DNA of 64,000 nt, taken from a virus. Lineage: Duplodnaviria > Caudoviricetes. The DNA lies in IMG/VR virus record IMGVR_UViG_3300022217_000003, positions 32,001 through 96,000 of that record. One strand, written 5' to 3'. Under the pieces are notes generated by a model. It made no database searches, had not been told where the DNA came from, and worked only from the letters and a program-made list of their open reading frames with translations. The translations under genes and the position numbers were made by a program. Position 1 is the first letter of the stretch. Each line of letters starts with the position of its first letter. Below, piece by piece: positions 1 to 8,345 of this stretch.

Positions 1-780
1 GCCTTGCATACACTCCAGAAATATAGGCGCAAAACAAGAGTCAAACCCAATTGAGATATTGTTATTCAAGGCTTTATCAATCAGGGCTTTTATCTTTTTT
101 CTATCTTTCATGGTCTTCATTTTCTTTGCCCTGCCCTGTGGCTTCAATAAAAGAAACACAATGGCATTCAGCTTACTCAACCGAGGATCATTCAATTTGT
201 CATCTAATAATTCCATACAGTTATCATAATTATCTTCCGATAATAACATATGGATATTTATTTGTTTCATGCCCAGATCAGTCAACTTTTTGACTGCATT
301 ATAGCAGGTGTCGGAAGGTTCATACCGAGACACTGCCACTGCGCCACAATATTTTTTTAACTTCTGGGCTATTTCATCTGTCAGTCCATAACCATTTATT
401 GTGATGTTACTTGCGACCCCTTTACTCCGACAATATTCAAATATTTTATACATATCTGGGTTTGATTCAATATCTCCATTACCGAAAGCGACTTGAGTTA
501 ATGTGGTCGGAAACGCATCCATTACTTTTTTAAATTTATCTAATGGCATATACTTACCATTAGAGCTATTGGATTTGTAGCACATAGGGCATGGCTTTCC
601 TAATCCATTACAAATAGTACTTATTTCCACATCAGCTATTAAATTCCCAAACTTGCAATAATCAGGGTCTTCCTCCGTGGTCTTACCCCATGTTAGGGTA
701 TTCCCATTTAGTTTGTTAAAGATCATATTAAAGTCATCGGACTTTATCATTTTGGCACGTTCATTCTCAAACAATTTCAT
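1..780 (-). CDS. Radical SAM protein with extended CX6CX2C motif (3' end runs off the window)
   Basis: Not in the ORF track. Hand translation from ATG at 780 (SD AAGGAGGG upstream) gave no stop through to base 1: ...ADVEISTICNGLGKPCPMCYKSN...QVAFG...NITING...GAVAVS...LLLKPQGRA...IGFDSCFAP, typical radical SAM barrel motifs. Confidence 0.8.
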   Translation of the reverse strand, partial: MKLFENERAKMIKSDDFNMIFNKLNGNTLTWGKTTEEDPDYCKFGNLIADVEISTICNGLGKPCPMCYKSNSSNGKYMPLDKFKKVMDAFPTTLTQVAFGNGDIESNPDMYKIFEYCRSKGVASNITINGYGLTDEIAQKLKKYCGAVAVSRYEPSDTCYNAVKKLTDLGMKQINIHMLLSEDNYDNCMELLDDKLNDPRLSKLNAIVFLLLKPQGRAKKMKTMKDRKKIKALIDKALNNNISIGFDSCFAPIFLECMQG

Positions 781-814
781 CTTTTAATCCCTCCTTGATA
801 TATATATTAACTAA

Positions 815-1177
815 CTAATCATACCACGCTTCTTGATATGTATCTAATTTTATATCATCGCCGAATAGTTCTTTTAATTGCTTGCTAATCTCGTCTTTAA
901 ACTGCCCGCCGGTTTGATTGTCTTCAATGCTATCCCAGCTCCGCCCCACATAAATACCACAACCGCCCTCGTAAGGATGCTTCACACTAAGCTTTGTTTT
1001 CTCATCTAAAGTATACCCTGCTGTATATTTATTAAATTCTCCTTCTATATACCCCTTTACCGCATCTGGATATTTCTTTTTTACTGCCTCAATAAATTTC
1101 TCATCCTCTATTGTAACCCCGTATATAAGAAAACTACTTGTTGAACTATTCGAGACAAATCCATTTCTAATTTTCAT
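815..1177 (-). CDS. Hypothetical protein with N-terminal MKIRNGFVSNSSTSSF motif
   Basis: First 16 aa nearly identical to those of ORF 1506-1970; the rest is dissimilar. Confidence 0.85.
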   Translation of the reverse strand: MKIRNGFVSNSSTSSFLIYGVTIEDEKFIEAVKKKYPDAVKGYIEGEFNKYTAGYTLDEKTKLSVKHPYEGGCGIYVGRSWDSIEDNQTGGQFKDEISKQLKELFGDDIKLDTYQEAWYD

Positions 1178-1203
1178 AACTTACTCCTAATTGTATTATT
1201 TAT

Positions 1204-1509
1204 TTAATTCTTCCAAGAACCCCTTTTGAAATAGTATACATGTGTAGTGCTATGAAATCCAGAATCAGCTACCCCCAATAATTCCCAATCGCCATTAATA
1301 TAGAAATAATTTAAATGAGAAGCATCTAAAAGTTTATATTCTATTTCAAGAGACCCATAACGACGATCGCAAGAATGCTCTAATTTTTTAAATAGATATT
1401 CATAGTCATCTTGCATCTTGGTTACTCTGAGTGCTTCTTTATCTTGTTTGATACTACCGCAGCTTACAATCACTATAAAAACTAAACTAATAATTATTAG
1501 ATATTTCAT
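1204..1509 (-). CDS. Putative lipoprotein
   Basis: MK + hydrophobic stretch + IVSC lipobox-like cysteine. Confidence 0.6.
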   Translation of the reverse strand: MKYLIIISLVFIVIVSCGSIKQDKEALRVTKMQDDYEYLFKKLEHSCDRRYGSLEIEYKLLDASHLNYFYINGDWELLGVADSGFHSTTHVYYFKRGSWKN

Positions 1510-1970
1510 AATTCAATTACCTCTTCATCCTCATCAAAGCTAAAATTACAGTTTGGACAAGTATGTTGCTTGCCTTTATTATCCTTTGGAAACCATACCC
1601 CGTTCCCTATTTCATAATATTCATCTACATCATACGGAACCCCATGTCCGCCGTTATGAAAATCTATTGAATTTGGATTATTACTGATATCACTATAATC
1701 ATCTCTTCCATCAGATACAAATTCCGTCATATATAATATATCATCTTCTGTAAGTGCGTCAATGGCCTTCCTCTGCTTCTTATATTTTTTTTCATGCCAA
1801 TAGTTATCCTCATTAAGATAAACACTTGTTTGCTTTAAGTGCTCAATAGCTTTTTTAACCTGCTCTTTATTGAGTTTGGCGTATTCTATAGTCCTGCATT
1901 TAGGTGGTTTGCCCACTACGATAAATGAGCTTGAGGAGCTGTTTGATACAAATCCTGTTCTTATCTTCAT
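1506..1970 (-). CDS. Hypothetical protein with N-terminal MKIRTGFVSNSSSSSF motif and C-terminal CPNC
   Basis: Strong SD (AAGGAGG); first gene after the promoter at 1992-2020. Confidence 0.85.
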   Translation of the reverse strand: MKIRTGFVSNSSSSSFIVVGKPPKCRTIEYAKLNKEQVKKAIEHLKQTSVYLNEDNYWHEKKYKKQRKAIDALTEDDILYMTEFVSDGRDDYSDISNNPNSIDFHNGGHGVPYDVDEYYEIGNGVWFPKDNKGKQHTCPNCNFSFDEDEEVIEL

Positions 1971-1991
1971 TTTAAATCCTCCTTTTTACCA

Positions 1992-2020
1992 AATATACTA
2001 AAAATAAAGACAGAAGTCAA
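1992..2020 (-). promoter_or_regulatory. sigma70-type phage promoter
   Basis: TTGACT-17 nt-TATATT; member of a recurring TTGAC..N17..TAGTATATTTG motif. Confidence 0.8.
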
Positions 2021-2206
2021 TAGTAATATTAATGAAGTTTGGGAGCATTACCTTTATTTAATTTAAATCCCAACTTATCCATTATTATCAATTGATTGTT
2101 TGCGATTATCTTTATAGCCAGGAACAATTCATCTATAACCCTGGAATTGATTTCACCCTGTGTCTTGGTATTTACTAATATTGACAACAATTCCATATCA
2201 ACATCA

Positions 2207-2389
2207 TCACTCCGGGGAATCTTCTTTTTTTTCTTCCACTTTTTTAAAAGCCCTGCTATAGCATTTGGGACATTGCCCATAATAACCCTCCGGTCTATCT
2301 TTCCATAACTTTGCGATATCTGTATACTTACAGTTCATACACCGCAAAACCTCTGATTCGTCGATATCTTTTAAACTGAGTATTTTCAA
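2207..2389 (-). CDS. Small zinc-ribbon protein
   Basis: CMNC...CPKC. Confidence 0.55.
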   Translation of the reverse strand: MKILSLKDIDESEVLRCMNCKYTDIAKLWKDRPEGYYGQCPKCYSRAFKKVEEKKEDSPE

Positions 2390-2661
2390 CTTAGTAGAAA
2401 CCCCCTGATCTTATCTTTGTTTTTTATTAATGTATCCAATAATATTTCATAATCGCCACAGTTCAACTGAATAGGATTACTGCAATTTTTAAGATCCCCA
2501 TCCTTGTAAAACATTTTATGTATTCGTAAATCTTTTTTGCCCATATACTCACAAAGATATATTTTAATGGGGTTATAATCATCTTCAATGGTTGTTAATT
2601 TAATTTCTTGCCCCATTATTTTAATTCTCCAAACTGAATAATTGTAGCACAGTTCTTGCAT
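2386..2661 (-). CDS. PC4/YdbC-like ssDNA-binding protein (true start probably the internal Met, MGQEIK)
   Basis: IYLCEYMGKKDLRIHKMFYKDGDLK...IQL resembles the PC4 pattern (EF/YxGK..IDIR..Y..DGE.KP..GI.L). Confidence 0.5.
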   Translation of the reverse strand: MQELCYNYSVWRIKIMGQEIKLTTIEDDYNPIKIYLCEYMGKKDLRIHKMFYKDGDLKNCSNPIQLNCGDYEILLDTLIKNKDKIRGFLLS

Positions 2662-2867
2662 TCAAACCCTACCAAAAAATATTCTGGTTCATCACATTTC
2701 ACCAATTTGTGATCTTTGTGTTTTTTTAATTCTTCTTCATACTTTTCTTTGTCATTAAATATCATTTTTCTTCCTCTTCATTAGGTTTAATAATTTGCAG
2801 TTCGCAATTAATATCTTCCCCGAACATTTCCTTAAACATTTCCTTCCAATATTCTTTTTCTGTCATA

Positions 2868-3194
2868 TTAGCTAAACTCCGTTGTATTAAATTCATATCC
2901 ATCTATTACTTTAGTTGTCTCGTCAAAATCTGTTTGGCTCAATTCTACATTTTCTTGTTTCCACTCTACCATACCCCAAAACCTTTTTTTAGTAATCTTC
3001 CTATCATATTCGTCCCATATTTGTTTCCCTTTTAAAAACTTTTTTAATGTTTTAATGTCTTTATATTTTTCATGGGACATATCAAACCCAAACTTCCACC
3101 CTGCAGAACTTTTACCTATATGAATTAACTCCTCACCCCTTTTGCAATATTTACAGTATTGGCTTTTATCTTTTACATAATAATTAGTTCCCAT
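2868..3194 (-). CDS. Conserved phage hypothetical protein (MGTNYY...CxxC...HIGKSSAGW)
   Basis: ORF track; internal Met start chosen; motif familiar from phage hypothetical proteins. Confidence 0.6.
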   Translation of the reverse strand: MGTNYYVKDKSQYCKYCKRGEELIHIGKSSAGWKFGFDMSHEKYKDIKTLKKFLKGKQIWDEYDRKITKKRFWGMVEWKQENVELSQTDFDETTKVIDGYEFNTTEFS

Positions 3195-3923
3195 ACTTAA
3201 CACCACTCGACTGTTGAATCAGGGAAAAGAAGCTTATACAAAGGTAATATATCCGAATAACCTTGCGCTTCCGCCACTCGTATTTCATAAAAATTTTTAG
3301 GATCAGCTTCTTCATCACCATGATAAAAAGATACATTGTCATTGTCTAATATAATACTTAATTTTGTTTTATCTATTTCCCCATTATTTACTTTATCTAC
3401 AAGCTCTTTAATTGTTTTTAATTCCATTTATATTCTCCTTCCAAAAATTATATATTTCAATTAATTCATTTGGTGTCATCGAAACATATGACAACCTATC
3501 TTTACAGTCTGGGCATTCACCTTTCATCCCTATATTTATTTCCTCTGCAACCCACCCGCAACTTTCACAATATAATATATCAAATTTTTTTCCAATAGGC
3601 TTACATTTTGTAGGTGGGGTATATACATGCATATTATTTAAAGTCCTTATAATTTAATTGTTTATGTATTTTAAGTAACCTTCTTTGATTTGTTATTACC
3701 TTATGCTGTGTCTCTATTAATTTAAACTGTATTTCATTTGATTTCATCCAGGCTTTATTCATAGAATTTAATCTTTTAATATCATCATACATAAAAATAA
3801 AAATATTGCCAAAAATAACTAAAACAAGGACACCAACCAGAACCGACAAAAAAATAACACTGCATAAATCCACCTTCTTTTCAAATACATAATGCTCGCA
3901 TTGTATATTATATTCTCTCATGA

Positions 3924-5114
3924 TTAATTATCCGCCTTAAAGTTATATATTGGTTTTACAAAATGCTGTATATCCACTGTTTCTTTTATTGAATTTATTA
4001 TAATATCCTTATCTTTATATGCCCCCTTAGCTTCATCTAAGGTATTTGCATTTAAAGAGTTGGTATAAACACCTTTATCTTTCATGGATTTTTGATATTC
4101 TTCTAAATTCAATTCCGCCCTTGCCCTCTTTCTTGATAATACACGTCCAGCCCCATGAGGCGCAGAACAATTCCATTTTTTACTGGATTTACCCTTTCCA
4201 ATTACCAATCCATCTTCCATATTAAAGGGAATAACTAATCTTTCATTTTTATAAGCTCTTATTGCGCCCTTTCTTATTATCCTATCTTCAAAATCAATAT
4301 AGTTATGAACCGATTCTATTTGTTCAACATCTTCCCAAAATCTATAACTATAACTTGCAAATTCTTCTACAAGGTATTCATATATTTTTAATGCCATTAA
4401 TTTCCTGTTAACAGTAGCATAATGTTGGGCAAATTTCATATCACATAAATAACCCTGTCCCTCTGGGCTTTCCTCTAATAAAAATTCCAAATTGTTATAT
4501 GCAGACCCAATAAACATCTTTTTCATCAGTTCTTTTGCTTTTTTTTGATAATATGTAGCTATATCCAAACCAAATTTTCTTGATCCCGAATGTACAGTTA
4601 ACCAATAATTGTCATCTTCATCAATTCCAATCTCAATAAAATGATTGCCCCCACCGAGACTTCCCAGTGCCAATACATTCCTATTTGCATCAGATTCTAT
4701 ATTATCCGAAACGCCTCTAATATCTGGTACATTTAATCCTCCCCTTGTCACTCCTATAGCAAAACCGTTATCGCAAGCAGGCTTAGAATTCACATGAAAT
4801 CCATGAGGGATATTATTTCTTATAAAATCATCCAATTTATCAAAATCAATATCTTTTAATGTTTCTGGCAACTTAACAGTTAATACTCCGCATCCGATAT
4901 CAACGCCAACTATATTAGGGATTACATATCCATTCATCTTCATTGTAAGCCCTATTACCGCACCCATTCCGGCATGGCAATCAGGCATAATAGCAATATA
5001 GGTCTTTGCGAAAGCGGGATGATTTAAAAAACCATATGTCTGCGATATAGTAGTCTGATCTAATTGGTCAATCATAATATTTGCTGAATTATATTTTGCT
5101 TTTAATGTTATCAT
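3924..5114 (-). CDS. rtcB: RNA 3'-phosphate/5'-OH ligase RtcB
   Basis: MPDCHAG, VGVDIGCG, LGSLGGGNHFIE, VHSGSR, HNY, RKGA, SAPHGAGR, DEA..AYK motifs. Confidence 0.97.
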   Translation of the reverse strand: MITLKAKYNSANIMIDQLDQTTISQTYGFLNHPAFAKTYIAIMPDCHAGMGAVIGLTMKMNGYVIPNIVGVDIGCGVLTVKLPETLKDIDFDKLDDFIRNNIPHGFHVNSKPACDNGFAIGVTRGGLNVPDIRGVSDNIESDANRNVLALGSLGGGNHFIEIGIDEDDNYWLTVHSGSRKFGLDIATYYQKKAKELMKKMFIGSAYNNLEFLLEESPEGQGYLCDMKFAQHYATVNRKLMALKIYEYLVEEFASYSYRFWEDVEQIESVHNYIDFEDRIIRKGAIRAYKNERLVIPFNMEDGLVIGKGKSSKKWNCSAPHGAGRVLSRKRARAELNLEEYQKSMKDKGVYTNSLNANTLDEAKGAYKDKDIIINSIKETVDIQHFVKPIYNFKADN

Positions 5115-5142
5115 AAATTTCCCTTTCTCTCATAAATAATAC

Positions 5143-6057
5143 TTACGCAATAACATATTTCCCAATTTTCTCATATCTCTCTATATCCTCCAATGTAATA
5201 ATTTCATAATCCATATCCATACATTGACAAAACATTTGTAATGTTTCAATCTTTAGTGGATTGTTATTGTAAGTCAATAAGTTTTTGGGCTTAATTTCTA
5301 CTAATTTATCTTCGCCATTAGAAAAAATTAACATAAAATCAACAATAAAATTCCTTAATACATCCTTATCATAATAAGGCAAGGAAATAGATTCTGGTAA
5401 AATTTGTACAACATTATCATCATCATCCCATATTTTCAACATTCTTAATTCATAACTGCTACGATAATAAATTAATTTGTGGTATTTATACGTAAGAAAC
5501 CACCCCCTTTTACTATTTTTATTAACTATTTTTTCAGGATTATTTTGAATATATTTAACCATTGCTAACGATTTATTAATTCTGGCTTTTTCTGATAATG
5601 GTTTTTTGTTCTTAATCCTAGATAGCCTAGCTTTTTCTTTTGATTCTGGCGATTGCAACGGATGACCAGATGCCCTTGAAACATCCGCATGATTTTTAGA
5701 CATTTTTATTTTTGTTTCTAAAGAGTGTTTTTTACCATAAAATGGATTGCCTGAACCTTTATTTTTCTCTCTTATTTTTTGTTTTCTTTCCTCCGACAAT
5801 CTCCTCCCTTTCATTGGACTTGGTCTTCCTATTAATGAATTCCTAATTTTTTCCTTATGTTCCTTAGTAAGCTTCCCGCCCCTATTAATATCTCCAATAA
5901 TTTCACCACGACTCTTAATTGGTATATTATATTTTTTTAAAATCTCCTTAGCTCTATTTCTTCCAATATGAAAATAAGTATGCGCATTACGACATCCTAC
6001 TCCAGGCTTAAGATAATATTCAATAAAAGCTTGTTCATCAATATCTTTCGTTTTCAT
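5143..6057 (-). CDS. Free-standing homing-type endonuclease: NUMOD3 DNA-binding repeats plus TnsA-like PD-(D/E)XK domain
   Basis: GNPFYGKKHSLETKIKMS and related repeats (NUMOD3); C-terminal YRSSYE...PESISLPY...VDF...LVEIKP. Confidence 0.8.
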   Translation of the reverse strand: MKTKDIDEQAFIEYYLKPGVGCRNAHTYFHIGRNRAKEILKKYNIPIKSRGEIIGDINRGGKLTKEHKEKIRNSLIGRPSPMKGRRLSEERKQKIREKNKGSGNPFYGKKHSLETKIKMSKNHADVSRASGHPLQSPESKEKARLSRIKNKKPLSEKARINKSLAMVKYIQNNPEKIVNKNSKRGWFLTYKYHKLIYYRSSYELRMLKIWDDDDNVVQILPESISLPYYDKDVLRNFIVDFMLIFSNGEDKLVEIKPKNLLTYNNNPLKIETLQMFCQCMDMDYEIITLEDIERYEKIGKYVIA

Positions 6058-7163
6058 TTATACCCTCTTGATGATTCTGTATGCAGCCCATACGCCCTTG
6101 ACCCTGATAATACTTTATAAATTAACCATTCGTCTTTATACATTTAGCTACCTCGTCTAACATTCTATGCTTCCCAGACATTCTCCCCTTTTTCAAATAA
6201 TGAATATTCCAATAATGGTTGTTATAAGGAATCATTTTTTCATACTTACCCGAATATCTCATCCACCCTAAACGATTCGCCCTTGAATCAATTACCATTG
6301 GCATAAATATATTGTAAAAGAGAATACACCCAAAAGCTAATCCACTTAAAAATATAAAAGCAACACCTATAATTTCGTCTTTATTTTTCATTTCAAATCC
6401 CTCCATCCTTTTTTTTTTCTAAATACGTAGTCAATCTATCGTAAACCTTTTTTTCACCTTCCATAATCCATTTGCGTTTACCTGCGTCCATACCATCTTG
6501 ATATCCCAACTGATATACTTCTCCTTCTCTATCATGTAACGTATCATCAAGTTTCTTTTCTGCCTTTGTATAATATCCGACCTGAAGAACTATCCATATT
6601 GTTCTTGCTAATTTAATAATTAAGTTAAGCGGAATAACATAATAATACCTACGCAGTTTCTCTGGTCTTGAATATGAATAACCCATATACCAAGGGAATT
6701 TTATGATATCCATATCTTTATATTTTACTTTCATTTCATTGCCTCTTTTATTTTGTTTATTAGATCTTCGGCTTCTTTTTTAGTAAGAAAAACATCGTGT
6801 ATGCCATAATTGTCTTCATCACTATCAGATATAGCTATCATAATATACTTATCGTGCCTCTTGCACCCAACACACTCTCTGCCATAAACATTTATTATAC
6901 TATTCTTTATTTCCATTTCATTCCCCCTTTTCAATAATAAGGCACAGGGTGGATAATTAAATCCACCCACGGTAACTATCACTGTCTCGGAGCCAATGAT
7001 GTTTGTGCCATTAAATCAATTACATATAGGTATAAGCTATATGCATCATACGCATAGTAACATAAACAAGCCCTCTTTGGCCGATATCCTCAAGGCAACT
7101 TATTCGTGCTATCATCGGTGGGTATTCCATCCAGCACATATATCACTATGCTTACTTGTTAAC

Positions 7164-7299
7164 AGTAATAAGACATGGGTAGGGATTTGCCGAGGCCTTA
7201 CTCGTAAAGTCACCCTACAAATGAGTGAGCCATTATGCTCTACTGCTTACCTATGGTGGGGACTTAGCGTCTACTCTTTTCGCCACCATGCTTATTACT
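7164..7299 (-). ncRNA. tRNA-like domain 4 (expanded arms)
   Basis: Closing stem, TGGCGAAAAGAGTAGACGC D-arm-like segment, and GTAGGG...CAAATCCCTAC T-arm-like stem with an insertion. Confidence 0.55.
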
Positions 7300-7320
7300 T
7301 ATATCATATCAAAGAACATT

Positions 7321-7397
7321 CGGAGAGCATGGGAATTGAACCCACAATCCGTCCTCCGCTTCATATTAAGGGTCGGATTACCCCTCACGGACTCTCC
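7321..7397 (-). ncRNA. tRNA-like domain 3 (acceptor and T arm; no canonical D or anticodon arm)
   Basis: GGAGAGT/GCTCTCC acceptor; GTGGG-TTCAATT-CCCAT T arm; AATCCG/CGGATT central stem. Confidence 0.6.
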
Positions 7398-7398
7398 A

Positions 7399-7496
7399 TG
7401 GGATGCGGACAGGACTCGAACCTGCGACAAGAGATGCCTATTCTTACTCTTATTGCTACGTAGACATTGCGTTTAACCAACTTCGCCACCGCATCC
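7399..7496 (-). tRNA. Non-canonical tRNA (His-like body, anticodon undetermined, enlarged anticodon loop)
   Basis: GGATGCGG/CCGCATCC 8-bp acceptor (G-1:C73-like); GCG-AAGTTGGTTAAA-CGC D arm; GCAGG-TTCGAGT-CCTGT T arm; ATGTCTA/TAGGCAT stem with a 20-nt loop. Confidence 0.6.
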
Positions 7497-7506
7497 ATAT
7501 TAACAA

Positions 7507-7595
7507 AGGGACGAGGGGGATTCTAACCCCCATAGGATACTGATCAGATTTACTCCGCCACATCATTGGTGCGTTTTAATTTTCGCCATCGTCCC
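7507..7595 (-). ncRNA. tRNA-like domain 1 (pseudo-tRNA)
   Basis: GGGACGA/TCGTCCC acceptor; GCG..CGC D stem with a G-less loop; GGGGG-TTAGAAT-CCCCC T arm; irregular anticodon region. Confidence 0.55.
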
Positions 7596-7610
7596 TCATT
7601 AGCAATATCA

Positions 7611-7639
7611 AATATACTAAATATCATCTCCTTTGTCAA
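7611..7639 (-). promoter_or_regulatory. sigma70-type promoter driving the large ncRNA
   Basis: TTGACA-17 nt-TATATT; predicted +1 near 7604. Confidence 0.85.
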
Positions 7640-7655
7640 GTGTTAATTTTATTTA

Positions 7656-8345
7656 TCAATCAAAATCACCAGAAGTCAAAATTTTCATTAGCTTTTTATC
7701 CGAACCCAATTGCTTTGCCATACCCTTCATCATTGATTTCATTGCCTCGGTATTGAACTTTTCAATAGTTTCTTTCTTCAATTCCTCCAAAGCTATTTCA
7801 ACCTTTGAATCTACTGCCTTAGAAATAATGCTATCAATATCTTCCTTAATATCGTTATTTCTGTAATTCTCCTTTTCACTAAAGAATTGTTTTGTTTTCT
7901 GTAAAAGCTTTTCTTGAATGGATGTTTTTATAAATGTGTCATCTGATTGCAATACGTCTATTTCGTCGGTTATTACTTTTTTAAACAATTCATCAAGTTG
8001 TTTTTTTAACTTACTCTCGAAATATTTAGAACACATGATTTGAACCTGAGCTTTTATTATCTCATTAAGATAGTTTACAGATACATCACAAATACTATTA
8101 TTAAAATCAGATAAAATTGGGTTCAGTTTATCATCTGAAATACTTAAAGATTTAGAAAGCTTATCCCTAACCTCTTTAATTAATTTAGAGTCAGACAAAC
8201 TTTTAAATTTTCTTTCTCTCTCTTCTCTTTTAGAAAGAAAAGCGCACTTAAAATTGTCGTGATCTGGATTGCCATCATAATGATCTTCCATACAATCATC
8301 ACAACTTTCATAGTCTACGTACTCTTCATTTTCTCCGCAATACAT
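7656..8345 (-). CDS. Hypothetical helical protein with Cys-rich N terminus
   Basis: 229-aa ORF with SD, overlapping the end of the CCA gene. Confidence 0.7.
   Translation of the reverse strand: MYCGENEEYVDYESCDDCMEDHYDGNPDHDNFKCAFLSKREERERKFKSLSDSKLIKEVRDKLSKSLSISDDKLNPILSDFNNSICDVSVNYLNEIIKAQVQIMCSKYFESKLKKQLDELFKKVITDEIDVLQSDDTFIKTSIQEKLLQKTKQFFSEKENYRNNDIKEDIDSIISKAVDSKVEIALEELKKETIEKFNTEAMKSMMKGMAKQLGSDKKLMKILTSGDFD

Larger units (their letters stand above)
6941..7604 (-). ncRNA. Large structured ncRNA, GOLLD-like, with tandem tRNA-shaped domains
   Basis: Lies directly downstream of a sigma70 promoter and is GC-richer than its flanks. Hand-paired stems include AGTAATAAG/CTTATTACT, AACAAGT/GCTTGTT, GCATAGTGA/TTACTATGC, GGCACA/TGTGCC and GGGTGGAT/ATCCACCC. 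The motifs GTAAGCATAGTG, CTGGATGGAATAC and GAATAAGTTGCC recall GOLLD 3' domains (from memory, unverified). Confidence 0.65.

Noticed and set aside
815-1970. Type IV prepilin signal (basic residues then G|F) in the FVSNSS proteins
   Set aside because: No Glu at +5 and no hydrophobic helix follows; the segment is Ser-rich.
6996-7476. Plus-strand ORFs of 155 and 83 aa, and the N-terminal extension of ORF 6731-6982
   Set aside because: They overlap the structured RNA. The minus-strand gene more plausibly starts at ATG 6916 after an SD.
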